Assembly: GCA_016748015.1 (NCBI GenBank)
Contig: JAAOMT010000627.1
Span: forward strand, 435,386-499,385
Direction of reading: 5' to 3'
DNA from: Geosiphon pyriformis uo1
Lineage: Eukaryota > Fungi > Glomeromycota
DNA: 64,000 nt
The number at the start of each line of letters is the position of its first letter. Position 1 is the stretch's first letter. Shown here in pieces: positions 28,688-42,620 of the stretch. The translations under genes and the position numbers were made by a program. The notes beneath the pieces were generated by a model. That model saw only the letters and a list, made by a program, of their open reading frames with translations. It made no database searches and was not told the origin of the DNA.

Positions 28688-29502
28688 TGTTACTCATAGA
28701 AAGAAAACAGATATAGAGAAATAGTAGACCAATAAGCAAATAGCATATAGCATATAAGCACATTGCTTAGCAAGGTGGAGCAATATCAGAAAACATGGCA
28801 CATTGCTTAGCAATATGGAGCAATGTTAGAAAATTAGTGTGCATTGCTCAAAAAATTATAGCACATTGCTTGGGAATGTGAGTGATTTCATAGAACATCA
28901 ATTATGTATATATAGTAGTAGCATTAAAAGTAAAAAGAGCAGAATCTTTTAGTTAGAAATCTTCTATCCACAAATATTAAATAAATAAATCATTCACCAT
29001 CCAAAACCACTCTTTACTATCAACACTTTATGTTGATAGTAATTGATACTTAACCACACTAGAACAATAGCTCTTGATCATGACTATTGATAGGATACTA
29101 ACTTGCAATTGCTTTTGTTTATTTCTTTATTTTTTTTTATTTTTTTTTGTTATTTTTTTTGTTTTACTAATTGATTAAAGAGTTAAGTGCTAAGTTATTA
29201 ATATCAAAAATAGTCTGGTAAAAGACTCCAAAGGAAGGGTATCAAAATTGAGAATTTAAGGATAGCTTACCAGAAGGGCATCTCTGCCAAGATTACCAGC
29301 CACCACACTGAAAAAAAAATTTGACGGAATTGCAATTCTGGAAGGCTATGGGAAAGACAACAATTGAATCTCTGTTTATTATACAAAAGACTCCACAACA
29401 AAACCTTCAGATCATCATCATCATTACTAATGACAATAACTCTTGAACACCAAGTTATGGGTTTGTTATTTGACTTGAGACCCCAAATAATCATCTGTAA
29501 CA
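28688..29502 (+). repeat. 3' LTR of element A (815 bp)
   Basis: Direct repeat of 9830-10654, TGTTAC...GTAACA, followed by TSD GCAT. Confidence 0.95.
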
Positions 29503-32500
29503 GCATTAAAAACACCTTGTATTTTTTTGTTTAATTTACTATAATCTTATCAACTTTGGGCTTTATTTTCTTTGGTTTTAGAATCAACTCTTTTCTAATT
29601 ACTAAATGGTTTAAAACTATCTTGTAAAAAAGTTGATTTAGAATGCTTCTAATTATGCTTCCTTTGTTAGAACTAAAATTTTCTATTTGTCTCTTAATTG
29701 CACTTTTAATGACTGTATTTTTAACAACTTTTAATTCATAATACTTGAACAATTTATATTTTTTTCTAATTAATGACAAATATTTAATAATATTTACCAA
29801 ATTTTTATTATTCCAAACCATAATTACAATTTTGAAAGTCTTTTTATTATTAATTATCAACTATTTTGTAAGAAGACAATCAAACTTAAATTTGTTGTCT
29901 GTACTTAATTCCTTTATAATTTTAGCAACCAGTAATTCAAGCCTAAAAAATCTTGATAATTGTTTATTTTTTAAACACTTGAATTTATTGAACTAATGTT
30001 TAGAAAAAGTAGTATCTGTTGAACTTATTATTACTTTTTTCAAAATATCTTACATATTATCTAATTTATCAAGAGCTTTTGTATTTGCAAACTTATTTAC
30101 TATCAACAATAACTTTAATAAAATACATTCCTTGAGCCAAATCTATTTGGCACTATTCATATTTTTAACATTAAATTTCTAGTGATTTTTATTTGTTTGC
30201 TTGTAAATACTATTCAAATATGCACTCAATAAACTCTTTAGACTAACTGAAACTACAATTACTTTATGATTTGTGTTAAAAAATTTAGAAATAGTGTTAA
30301 TTTTACATATTGTGATCATTGACAACAAATTTTCATTAACAAAAACATAATCAATAATTTTTTTGGCTTTTCTGGAATTATTTCAAGAAAAAACTTTTAC
30401 CAAAGAATGTCTTTTAAGTGAATTAACCAGACTTATATCTAAACATTTCTTTAAGCTAACATTTTTTTTAGAATCATTTTTATTGAAATTGCCACCCAAA
30501 ATCACAAAAAAGTTAGAGTTAACAGCTTTGAAAATAACAGAATTAATATTAAAAACTTAATTAAATTACATATTAGCAAATACACCAATATATAAACCCA
30601 AAATTATAATCAAAAGTTTGTCTTTAAACAAAAAACAGATTAAAATTAAATGACCCAAAATCTCATCCACTTTTAAAACATACTAAACCAAAAAATTGTT
30701 TATAAATACAGTCATATTTACTTCAAGAAAACTTATATTCAGACCAAAAGTAAAAATTCTAATTCAGTCAAACTTATTTATAATTCATAGTTTAATATTA
30801 GATCTCAATTTTGTTTTTGTAATAATTGAAACCATATTTTCCGATTTTATATGCCAATAAACAATGTTTTTCTGCTTGGCAAAGACATTGATACTCTAAA
30901 CATTGTACATAGCAAATTTTCAAACCAAATTACTTATTAAGATAAAAAAAATACCAGAAAACTTAAGCCAGTACACAACTGATTTAACTTTGTCAAAACT
31001 AAATTAACAGAAACTTCAAGAGCCACTATTTTAGATTTTAATTCATCTATCTTAGTGGTCAGAATTTTTGACCTATTTAAACCCAAATTTGAAACCATAT
31101 TATTTGTAATTAAAAGAGAAAGAATAAATAACACAGATGAGTTATCCAAAATTATATTCAAATCCAATTTTGAATTTGAAGAAACAAATTTTACAGAAGA
31201 CAAAAATTAAGAAACAAATATTAAGAGTATTAAATTCACAATATTTAATTTTTGTACAATACTTAATATTTGATTGGCCAAAAGCTTTAGGGAATATTTC
31301 AAGAAATTTAAGTAAACATTAATAAATAAATTATTTTGGGTAACTACAAGACTTGTTTTCATATATAATATATCAAAAAAAAGAATTTAGAGCCAGTACC
31401 AAAGTAAGTATTAGCAGAAAAAAAAAATGAGTAAAACTATCTGTGCTCAAGATTTGTTATTAAAGACAGCAGAACAAGAAATAAAAACACTTTTTTTGGT
31501 ATATAATTTAGCCAATTGAAGACAATTCTTTTCAGAAGCAATATTTTTATATATTTTTTTAGAAAACAAAACACAAAAATCTGATGTATCATATTCTAAA
31601 GCTAAGTGTCTAAAATACCCACACTTTTTACAATAAATCAGATCTATTTTAGTCTACAAAAGCTTAACACTATCTAAAATAGACTCTATTTAAAAAGCTA
31701 ATTTTAATTTTTTTTCTAATTTAAAGCCAATTACTACACAGTAACTCCTATTGCCAGTATTAAATAAATAATTTATAATGCAAGTTTTCTCACCAGTTTC
31801 TTTTAATAGAATACCAAGATATGAGCAGTTGTTTTTACAAACAACATAAACAAAAGTGCCTTAAACTGATTTTTTAACATTCAGACTTCATGATCTCTCA
31901 CAGTTTTTGTCATATGTACTGAGTTTTTTTGATAAGGAATGATCATTTTGTTACTATTTGATTAATCTAACTTGATTTAGCAAATTTTACTATAGTTTTC
32001 TGTCATAGTCTAATTAATTGTAATTAGATTAATACTATTTGACCAAACTCAAAAAAAGCTGTAATAATCATTTTTTTTAGTGTATTTATGAAAAATTTCT
32101 TAATAATTATAGCTTGATCTGAACAAATTTTTTGTCTTTTAATATTGTTGTTTACAATAATTCTCTTATTTTTAACCAATAATATGGCTTTTTTCATACT
32201 TTTTTTTAATGTAAACATCAATCAAATAATTTTTTTAAATTTTGAGGAAGTAGTAATCATCTTAAAATCATTGATTGATGAAAAAAGTTTTCTGATGAAT
32301 TGAGTTTTTACCATTACTGATTTGTTTTCTACTGTTAAAAAATTAATGTCCAAAACAAAAGACTTCTTAACAAATATTTTTACATAAGTTTTGGTTATTT
32401 TAAGATCAATTTATTTTTTGTTTAGAAATATAGATAAGTAAGAAGAGAAAAAATTTTATTATCATTTATGTTAAAATTAGACAAGCCAATTAAGAAATCA

Positions 32501-32900
32501 ACAATAGTACCAATATTAATTCACTTAGTCTTAAGAATATTTGTTTTAAAATCAAATCACTTTTTTTTTATTACTTGCTTTATAATTAGTATTACTATCT
32601 AAAAAGATTATTTTAGGAGTATTTTTATTTGTATTTATTTTAGCAAACTAACCAATAATATGTTCTAAATTAATAATACTTAAATCTGCGTTATTATCTA
32701 AGTGTTTTATTTTGTTAAAAAAAGTTTTTTGCTTCTGTGCCAAGCTTCTATTAATTGAATCAAAAGCCAAAATCCTGGCTGGTTTTTTCTTAGCTATAAA
32801 ACCACTCATAATAACAGTTAATTTAATAACAAAAGAATTTGTTTCTTAGAAAATTGTGAAATGTAAAAACAAAAAAAAAAACTTCTTTTACAAAAATTAT
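29503..32900 (-). mobile_element. LINE 5' part: ORF1 (CCHC knuckle) and ORF2 APE endonuclease domain, pseudogenised
   Basis: ORF2 begins near 30937 with (M)SNLV*KFAMYNV*SIN...IITKTKL (APE motifs T.NVRG and ETK) and has ILGGNFN near 30480-30505. The ORF1 knuckle remnant CKKCGYFRHLALE is near 31595-31635. The 5' boundary is approximate. Confidence 0.8.
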
Positions 32901-32999
32901 TCTTTGAAAAATTTGGATGTAGAAGAGAAAAAAGTTTTTTTTATTTTTTAATATTATTAAAAAATATACTATAAAATATAATAAAAATAAAAATAAAGA

Positions 33000-33900
33000 A
33001 ACCAAAAGTTATTACAAAAAATTTTGCAATTTTAAGTATAATTAAAAAAATTACCAATAGCAATTTTAATAATAACAACCAAAAAAATTTAAAAACATAG
33101 TTTACATAAACAACTTAATATTGTTTTTTAATATTAATTTGAGTCTAATAAAACCAAATAATAAGTAAAACAAAAAATTTACAAAAACCAATTTGATCTT
33201 AAAAGTAATATTAGATATTAGAATAAAAATTATTTATTTAAAGAATTTTTAACAATTAAAATTTGTTTTTTAAATACTATTAGGAACAACATTAAAAAAC
33301 AAAAAAAACAATTAATTTAATTTTTATTTAATTAGTTCAATTTTTAAGATTAAATAACTTAATAAATTGTTTTGTTTTTAAAACTAGTAACAATTTATTA
33401 AAAAACACCATATTTAATAATACAGTCAATAATTAATTTTAATTTATCTTGAAAAACATATTATTATTGTTATTGTTTACATTAAAAAAAGAATTAATTA
33501 CTATTAAAAAAATTTTATTTAAGATTTTATTTAAAACTACAAAAACGTTTGATGTAATAATAATAAAAATAAAAACCAAAAAAACCAAATAATTAATTAA
33601 TTTATTATTAAAAACTTTAAGACTTTTAAAAAAATAAAAACAATATTAAAACTAATTTGAATGTGTTTTTTGAAAAAATTTTGACTAAAAAAAAACATTA
33701 GCCAAAAGTAAAAAAAATGCTTCAAAAACTGTCAAAAACAGCTTTTTATTATTAATATTTAAGAAAAATATTACCAAAACATTTTGTTTAGCTGTTTTAA
33801 TAACAAAAAGCCTTTTTTTTGTTGTAATTTTTAAAACTTTTTTACTTTTTGCTTTAATTGTGGTCATAAAATTAAAAAAAAAAAAAGTATATTTAATTAT
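33000..33900 (-). mobile_element. Truncated LINE ORF1 5' fragment, same family as about 2800-4370
   Basis: Shared decayed segments, for example ACACCATATTTAAyAATA near 33405 and near 3836. Confidence 0.45.
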
Positions 33901-34663
33901 AAAAATAAGTTTTTATTTTATTTTTATTAATTTAATTACTAGTTTTCTTAAGAATTTTAGCCAGTTTTAATATATATAAAATTTATATTTTAAATATTTA
34001 TAATATAAAAAATTAAAGTATAAAAAATAATAAAATAAATTTTATGAAAAAATAAATATTTAATCATATTTTGTAATAAAAAATTGCTTAAATAAAATAA
34101 AAGCAATTTATTTATTTGGTTTGTTAAATATAATCCTAATAAAAATCTAAAAACCAATTATATATATAAGCTATATTTAATATAATATATATATGTTAAA
34201 TATAATTAAACTATACTTTGTTATAGCAAACCCAAAACATAAATATTGAGTTAATAAAAAAACAATTAAAACTATAGAAAAAATAAATGTAGCTTTTTTT
34301 TACTTTTTGATTCTAATAAAAATAATTAATTAAAGGTAAAACATAATCTACCTTTTCTATTTATGGCAGACGATTAAATATAATTGATCGCTGAGACATA
34401 GAAATATGTACCAATATCTTTGCGTCTCGGAGTTATTTATTTTCTAATATCTGATATCACATCCAACTTTTGCTTTTCTCTCTTTCACTCGTATTGCCCG
34501 TTAACTTCAAAAAACTTTCCTTCCTTCACGAACCTTTTAAACTACCATTAACTTAACTTTGCCACACTTTAAACCTTTCATTTTTCAGCCTAAAGAGATA
34601 CCCGTGCTTCATACCTTTGGCATCTAAAGACCTTTCTGATCACTTTTGATCCAGACAAAGGGC

Positions 34664-35424
34664 ATGAGTCATAACAGTGAACAAGTTGATGGGGTTACTG
34701 ATACTAATAATACTAACTTAGATACTTTCTCCTCTGACATTGCAACTTCAAATACTGAAAGTTCGGCAAGCGATCAGGAAAACACATTCCGTGGAGATCT
34801 GATTGTGTCGTTGCCCACGCCCTACACACACTCAGAGCAAGACTCAGCAGTAGTTATGGGAGGAGACAAACCAGATGAGGCTTTTACGGAGGTTAGGCTT
34901 ACCTTGTTGCTGGTTTCAGGCAAACGACACACCTTTAAGTGTAAGCCTACCGACATAGTAGGAACAGTAAAGAAGCGCGTATTTGATAACTGGCCTAAAG
35001 GTAACTTTTAATTGTAAAAGGCTTCCATTTTTTCGTCAACAACTAAGCCGATATAATGCCCGGAATTCTTATGTTCAACGATAGAGTGGGCTGATGAAAC
35101 TCCTGCAGCAGTCTCAAATCTTAAAATAGTTCATCTTGGGCGATTTTTGGAAGACGGATCGACGCTTGAATGTAAGCTTGAAAGTTATTAGCAGAATTAT
35201 AAAACAAATAATAACAATAACATCTTTTAAAGCAAATAAAATAGAGGCAGGACAAAATATAATTGCGCATTTGATAATTAAAAATGTATTATCACCGGAT
35301 GCAGATGGTATGAATTTTGGAGAATATTTTTCATACATTAAATTTTTTAATAAAAACCTTGAATTCGCTTACAGATCCAAAATCCACTGACAATGCTCCA
35401 AAGTGTCAGTGCACTATACTGTGA
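34664..35424 (+). CDS. UBL3: UBL3/MUB-like membrane-anchored ubiquitin-fold protein; exons 34664-35000, 35085-35171, 35233-35307, 35375-35424
   Basis: GT-AG introns keep the frame: VRLTLLLVSGKRHTF...VKKRVFDNWPKEW...LKIVHLGRFLED...AHLIIK. The C-terminus KCQCTIL* is a CaaX box with an upstream Cys. Confidence 0.88.
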
Positions 35425-35997
35425 TTACCCTGTGGGGAAGAAAGTGACAAATAGAACTCTTAGGGTTCGACTACAATTTTCCAACGCATTGCCAGCCCAG
35501 CCTTTTTTGTATTTCAAGGACTAGGGATATTTGAAATTGCATCAAGGGTCTGGCTAGTATAACAAGAACATTCGCCACCATCTTTCGTCATTGATTTTTA
35601 AAATCTCGGAAATATGATCAACATCATTTGAAGGTGTGTCGTTAATTAGCCTCTTTGTAGTCAGGAGAGAGGAATATTCATCCACCTAAAAAAAAACAAA
35701 TGCGACTGATCCCTAGCACGAATATTCTTGACGCATTTTATAATACAAGCAACTACTCATTTAATTTCGGCAATTTTCATTTTTCTTGCAATAGGCAGCT
35801 TTATAAGAATTTTACCAATCATGGACTCTATGATGTATTCTGAATCATTTACCAAAGTAAAGCCTTAATCTGTAAGTCCTCCAGAATTAAAAGCCCCTGT
35901 ACATTTTTCAATGCTTTAACTCCTCAAATATTTCAAAAAAAAGTATACTTGTTCTTTCATTGATTAAATATGGTCGATGCCCAAATTCATGGCTTTC

Positions 35998-37293
35998 TCA
36001 ATCACCGCTTGCCTGAATCTCGGCTTTCACGACTAGTCTATTTTTCGATTTTATAAATTTGGCCTTTGCTGTTGAGATATCAACAGTAAATGGCAAACTT
36101 TTATCCAGCTGATAATATGAAGGAGCATAGAATATAACTCGAGACGATTCTATTTCTAATGTTGAGCTTGAAATTGATTGCTAACAATTTAAAATTAAAA
36201 AAATTCGTTAGAACAAGGATTATCATAAGCTATTTTATTAATGTGTCATCAATCGAATTTACCATAGCTGGAATTTCAATGAAAATGAATGCGAGGGTTT
36301 TCCCGTTGATTTTTCGCTCTAAGAAGGAAACTGCTGGCTCAGGAGAGGAAGTCCCCATTTCCTTAATTTCAGTAATCATGGGTGATGGGCGATGAGATTC
36401 CGAAGATTTTGCTTTAACAGATTGAGTGGAAACCTCCTTAATAAAAGAAGGCTTCTTTTTCTCAAAATGAAGTGTAAAAATTTCCAGTTGGCCTTTGCAT
36501 CGAGATTTGGGGAATGAAATATCTAATTTTCGTTTCAAAGTTTATAACTTAAGTTAGAGGATTAAAAATTTAACCCGAACCAAGAAAAATTAAATACATA
36601 CTACGATCAAGCTGAAGGCCATGCTTTTCCTCAATATGTTCGATTGCGAGTTCAGTAACAAAAATCTTAAAGTCCGAATCCACTGTGGTTTTTTTGTATG
36701 GCTTCGTGTTCAACGCAGCATCACAAACGAGATAATCGTTTCCGCCTTTCATATATACTTAAACAGTCAGTCTGAAGGATTGTTTGTAAATATAGGCTTA
36801 GGAATACTCGCCTCAACAAACCTCTATCTTTATCTTTCTTAAGACTACCAATCATGAAAGGTATTTGATATGTTACACCCTGTTCTGCATTCAAAGCAGA
36901 TATGATTTCTTTCTCAGTTGCTGCTGGAGGTTCAGGAACCTTATCCGAATAGCAAACATTGATGAGGAATTTTAAACCGGCTGGAAATTGGTCCGTTTCC
37001 GCCTTTGAAACGCTAGTTTTCACTACATATCCTGGTTTAGGCTCGAATTTTAGGACTCCCTTCTCCTGCTCAGTAGTGTTTTTTTTCAGCTGTACTCCTA
37101 ATGATTCTGGATTTTGAGAAATTTGTGCAGAAAGCTCTTCCCAAAGACGAGCTTCTTCTGACAGTTTGGTTTCAGATTCTTTCAAAGAGTGAGCTTTGAG
37201 ATCAAATAACGAAGGTAAAGACGTTGATTCAGTGTTATCAAAATCTAAATCTAGTTTCGACGTTTTAATATTCATAGTTCTTGTGAAGGTCAT
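35998..37293 (-). CDS. PIH1: PIH1-domain protein (Pih1/PIH1D1-like R2TP co-chaperone) with C-terminal CS domain; exons 37293-36822, 36745-36602, 36522-36263, 36180-35998
   Basis: PIH1 motifs PKPGYVVKT, KFLINVCYSDKVPEP, YQIPF, KDKDRGG.DYLVCD and ELAIEHIEEKHGLQL; CS-like end LPFTVDISTAKAKF...LVVK. The start may be 37293 or 37275. Confidence 0.85.
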
Positions 37294-37599
37294 AATGGGT
37301 ACCGTTTGATTGGGTATTGTTTACCCTAGATACCCTCATTCTACTTCAAAATGTTAGTTTACAGAATTTTAAGACAAATTTGTTATATATTCATATTGTT
37401 TATAATTAGAAAAGTTTATTATGTGGTTTGTTTTCTAATAATTACATATCTATTTTGTAAACATCTTATTTATTTTATGATTTTTATATTTATTTTAGTT
37501 TTTTTAATTACTATATTTGTTTTAAATATTCAGAATTTTTGAATTATTTATTAATAATTTAAGTTTATAATTTTTAAAATCATGTTTTTTTTCATTATA

Positions 37600-39405
37600 A
37601 TTTTTAATCAAAACCAAATTTCTGAAAAAGCTGTATTTCAAAAAAAAAGTTTGTTGTTAAAGAAATAGTTTTTCTTATTTTTTTTTCCTTTTTTTTTGGT
37701 TATTTTATTTAACACACTTTTTTTCATTGTAATAAAACTAGTAAACTCTTTTACTGATGGTTTTGGTTCTGGTTTGGCTAGTTTAAAGACTTATTTAGGC
37801 ACTAAAAAGAAATATATAGAGAATATTTACTCTTATGATATATTTTATAAAAAGCCAAAAAAATTTGATGCTAGTTGTAATATAATTAATTCATCTGCTG
37901 GTTTTTGAGTTTGGAAAATATTGAGAGCTCTAATATGAAACTTATAATATCTTAAAAAAGCAAAATAGATAATAAAGCAATTAATATTAACAATTTGTTA
38001 AACATAGAGAATATAAAAAATATACTTATTAAAAATACTAATTATACAGATTTAGATATTTTAATAATTAATAAAAATATGAACAATATTATACTTAAAA
38101 AGACTTGTACTTAAATATATATATTGAATTATCTGTTAAAAGTTTTTTTATTTGATATTTAAGTAATAATAATAATATTTTAATGTTTTTATTACTTAAA
38201 TTTATTGGCTTTAAGCAATTGTTGTTGGTTAAATTATATGTTTTAAATAAATAAAATTTTAATTTAATAAAATTTTTCATGTTAAACATTGAATTATTTG
38301 TTGTATTTGACAAAACTTTTAGCAATAAGCTAATAATTATAAAAAAAATTTTTTATCATATTAATGATTTTAAAAAAACATTAACTCTTTTAAAATTCTC
38401 AAAAATCATTAAATTATTTTTTATATCTGAATTTAGTTTTAAAAAGATTAAAAAAATGGTTATTAATAAGAAAATTATAATAAATAATAATAATAAAAAG
38501 ATAAATATTCATACAGATTAAGAAATAATTATCAAAAAAAATTTTATCAATTTTTCTAAATTGGCTATAATATTGGTTTTTTTTAAATTTAATAAAATTA
38601 TATTAATTAAGATACAGCTTATTGATCTTTAATAAAAAACTCTAATTGAATTTAAATCTGCTAAAATTACCAATTTAATTACAATTAAATAATTAGTTTT
38701 TATAAGAAAAAATTTTGTGTATGTAGTTAAAACTGTTAATAATAAACAAATATGGATCTTTAAAAATTATTATTGAATCTTATTATACATATTGTTAGTT
38801 AATATAAGTGTTTATAATTTCTCTAAGCTGTTAATATTTTATGATAAAAAAATTTGTTTTATTAATTGTAATTCAAGTACATATAAGCAGAACAAATGTA
38901 TTGTTATTTGTTTTGCTAATAAAACATTAAAAAAGACTGTTATTAATTTTATTTTAGTTTTTATATATGTAAACTTGCACTAAATTAGTCTGTTCTTGGC
39001 TGTTTATGCTTAATGTAAACAATTTAATCATATTTTAAATATGTGTTTATCTGATAAAAATTCAGGTAATTGTAATAAAAAATTAGTTATCTTCTAAAAT
39101 CAAATATATTTGGTTAACATATATAAAAAGAAACAGACACCAATTGCTTATTTAGTTTTTTTTGGTAGCAAAACATAAGTAGAAGTTGTTAGTAGTCTTT
39201 TATTTTTTTTTTGTATAATAGTTTTCTGAAAATTGGTTTTTTTTGGAAATAAAGTTTTTTTTGTTAATTATAATAGAAGTATATAATAAGTTTACTATTT
39301 TTAAGTACAGTCTTATTAATTTCAAAAAGTAATTTAGTAAGTTGACTAAAAATTTGGATATATTTGAACTAATAATTTTTTAATCAAGCTCTAAATATTA
39401 GTTAT
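37600..39405 (+). mobile_element. Decayed LINE ORF1 relic (plus strand)
   Basis: Fragments are homologous to the minus-strand ORF1 relics, for example KKIFYHINDFKK...KIIK, KCIVICF and IYKKKQTPIA. Boundaries are approximate. Confidence 0.6.
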
Positions 39406-40270
39406 TGTTATAATTTAAAAATTTAGCAAAAGAATTATAAAATAATATAAATTATTCAATCATAATATAGCACAATAATAATTTTAGAAAGATAATGATT
39501 AACATAATAGCAAGTACCATCTTGCAATAATAGCAAGCACTAGTTTACAATAGTGACCAACATCAACTGATCATAATGGTAAACACCAGATTGAAATACC
39601 AAAAAAAAAGTATTATAATGTGTTTTTTCATAAAACTACAAACATATATATATATATAATAGCTTTAATATTAAGAAAAACAACAAAATCATAAAACAAA
39701 TCATAAAAACAAGTTTATTTAACAGTTTTATTTTAATTATCTTCTAATTTTTATTTTAAAAATAAATATTCACAAAAATAAATATTCAAAAACAAATAAA
39801 AAAAAAATTAAAAACTAAATAATCACAATTTAAAGTATTAAAAAACTTATTTGTATTATTTATTGAATAAAACTATTATTTATTAACTGAATTTCTTGAA
39901 AAAATAATCCTTAATTAAGATTATTTATGTTGTTACTAATTGATAAAAGCTTTATTGTAAAAATTAAGAAAAGTACTAAAGGCCATTAACATTCCATGTT
40001 TCTAGATTAAAAAAACACATTAAACAATTGTAAGAATAGTTTTAGAGAAGACTTCAAACAGTAGATAAATTTCAGTTTAATCTTTGAAAAGAAGTACATA
40101 AATATACACAACAATTAGGAATTGAAAAATAACTTATATTATAATATTAAAGAGAAAGTCTTTAGTATAACAGTAATATTATCACACAAATAGAATTAAG
40201 GAACTCATAAAAGACTAATTGCAATTAAAACAAAATATTGGCAATTAAATATACCAAAAAAATTATTTCA
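39406..40270 (+). repeat. Solo-like LTR of the element-B family, older and 3'-truncated
   Basis: Collinear with the reverse complement of 22240-23029, starting TGTTATA and sharing GGCCATTAACATTCCATGTTTCTAGATT and GCAATTAAAAC. The terminal GTAACA and a TSD are missing. Confidence 0.8.
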
Positions 40271-42620
40271 GACTTATTTTTATTGAAATCTCCACCCAAA
40301 ACCACAAAAGTGCTAAAGTTAATAGCTTTGGCAATAAAAAAGTTAATTATTGAAGTCTAATCAAATCTAGCTTCAGTGAAAACACCAGCATATAAACCTA
40401 AAATTGTAACTAAAAGCTTGCCCTTAAAGAGAAGTTGCACTAAAATAACACAATTAAGAATCTTTTTTATCTTAGAAACATAACAAGCCAATAAATCATT
40501 CATAATAATAGCAACCCCGATACCAAGAAAATTTTTTCCAAACCAGATGTAAAAATTTGTACTCACTTAAACTTATTTGCAATCCAAAGTTTAATATTAG
40601 ACTTCAACTTTGTTTTTGTTATAAAAAAACCATGATATTTAAATCTAAATACCAATAAACAATGTCTTTCTGCTTAACAGAAACATTTAAACCTCTAATA
40701 TTACAAGTAGTAAATTTCCATACCAGATTTGTTATTAAGAAAAAAAATCTTTTACACTTAAGCTAAAATTGTCTGCTTTGGCCATTAGATCTATAATAAT
40801 AACCAACAAATTGTTCATGTTTTTTTCAACTTTAAAACGACTAATTGATCAAAAACTACTACTTTCATAACAGTCTTATTACTAATAGCTGCATTCAAAC
40901 TCTCACTTATTACTATATTTATTCTTTGATTCTGTAATAAAAAAATTATTAACAGCTAATTTTCAGAATTAGGCTGAAAAACTATTGGTTTGAATGTGTC
41001 TTATTTCTTAACCAGCTTATTAACTTGCTCTGTAAGACTGTTAAAACTGTGCTCAAAGGTGGCAAACCTATTATTCATATCTACAAAAACCAGCAAAAAA
41101 GGCTTTATCTTTAAAAAGGAGCCAAAATTTAATAAATTGTTATGCATAAAAAGAAAAGAAAAAGACTTACCAGCAATCTTAGTCCAAAAAATACTACCAA
41201 AAGCTATTGGATAAACAACAAATACTAAGTGTTTGGCATAAATGATAGCCAATTTGTTTTTATCTAAGTCCAATAATGTCTTATGAGAAAAATGACCAGA
41301 AAAAAAATTTTCATTTACAAAACAGCCTAAAAATATATGACCTAAATTCTCATACTTTGTATATTTGGCAAATTTTAGATAAGACCAATGTAAATTGACA
41401 TTTCTTAATATTAGTGTAGTTATCATAACAACATCTAATAATTTGGCAAAGTTAAAACAAACAATTGCATATCTGGCTTAAATATATATAATCAGATAAC
41501 AATTGATGACACATGTTTTCTCACCTACCAAAATAATGTAATTCCAAATATTATGTGTATTAATTTCTACTGGCAGAATATATAGCAGTGCCCTATTATA
41601 GTTTTTTGTATTTTATAATTCTTTGTCTTTATTAGTTTTAGTAATATGTACAGTATCTTTCTCAATTAAAACAAACTATTTAGTTATGACTAAATCAGCA
41701 TAATCTAATTGCTTAAATTCTACTACAGTTTTTTGTTATAATTTCACCAATTGCATATTGACTGATTTAATTACTCCAAACTCAGATAGTACAATATATA
41801 CAGCCTTAGATAATGTCTTAATTGGAATTTTTTTTACAACCACAGCCCAATCTAAATGTTTAGCAGATTTTTTGAGATTGGTATTTACTAAGATTATCAC
41901 ATTTTTTGCTATATTAGAAGTTTGAACCAAGCTTAATTCAAAAGTAAACATTGTTTTAATAATTCCAGTAAATTTTAAAAAAATAGAGGCCTCTCCCAAA
42001 ACCATTGATTTTTGAAAACAATTTTTTAATTATTGTTAGCTTTTTCTAAGATAATTTCCTAACAACTTTATTCAGTTCAATATTTATAGTAAAAAATTTT
42101 CTAATAGAAATATTGGCCAAGTTTTTTAAAGAAAGAAAAAATATCAGAAGAACATTTAATAATATATCATCATCATTATTACTCAAAAAATCAATTTTTC
42201 TCAATGCTTTTTTGGTCTGTATTAATAAATTTTTAGATGTTTAATTAAAATCTCTTTCAGCAAAAACACCACCTTTATTATAATTAAAGCTGGTCTCTTT
42301 AATTAAACACTTCTCTTTTATGTTAATACTGTCAGATTTAGTAGTATCACCAGTCTTAGAACTTTATAAATGATCACTTAATTTCTTAGCAAAAATTTTT
42401 CTGTTATTGACATTATCTTTTAAAGCATCTTCTTTTTTTTTCTTTCTAAAAAAAGCAGGTTTAACACTAATACTAGAGCCAGAATCTTTAAGAGTCTTTT
42501 TTATAATAGCAATATTAAGACCAACAGTGGTCTTATAATTAAGCAAAAACAGTTTGAATTTATTGTACTGAATGTTAAAAACTTCTTTCAAAAAACTTTT
42601 TGACTTTTTTTGAAAATTTA
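40271..42620 (-). mobile_element. LINE relic: ORF1 plus the N-terminal APE endonuclease of ORF2, truncated at the solo LTR
   Basis: (M)TNLVWKFTTCNIRGLNV near 40735 and VLGGDFNK near 40280-40305; ORF1 knuckle remnant in ORF 41001-41426. Confidence 0.75.

Larger units (their letters stand above)
9830..29502 (+). mobile_element. Element A: full-length Ty3/Gypsy-type LTR retrotransposon with dUTPase, decayed, with element B nested inside
   Basis: Paired LTRs at 9830-10654 and 28688-29502 (TGTTAC...GTAACA). The 4-bp TSD GCAT is at 9826-9829 and 29503-29506. PBS follows the 5' LTR and PPT precedes the 3' LTR. Domain order is gag-PR-dUTPase-RT-RH-IN. Confidence 0.95.

Noticed and set aside
35998-37293. 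PIH1 gene as the ciliary kintoun/DNAAF2 paralogue
   Set aside because: Size and domain layout fit ordinary Pih1/PIH1D1; the paralogue cannot be assigned without a phylogeny.
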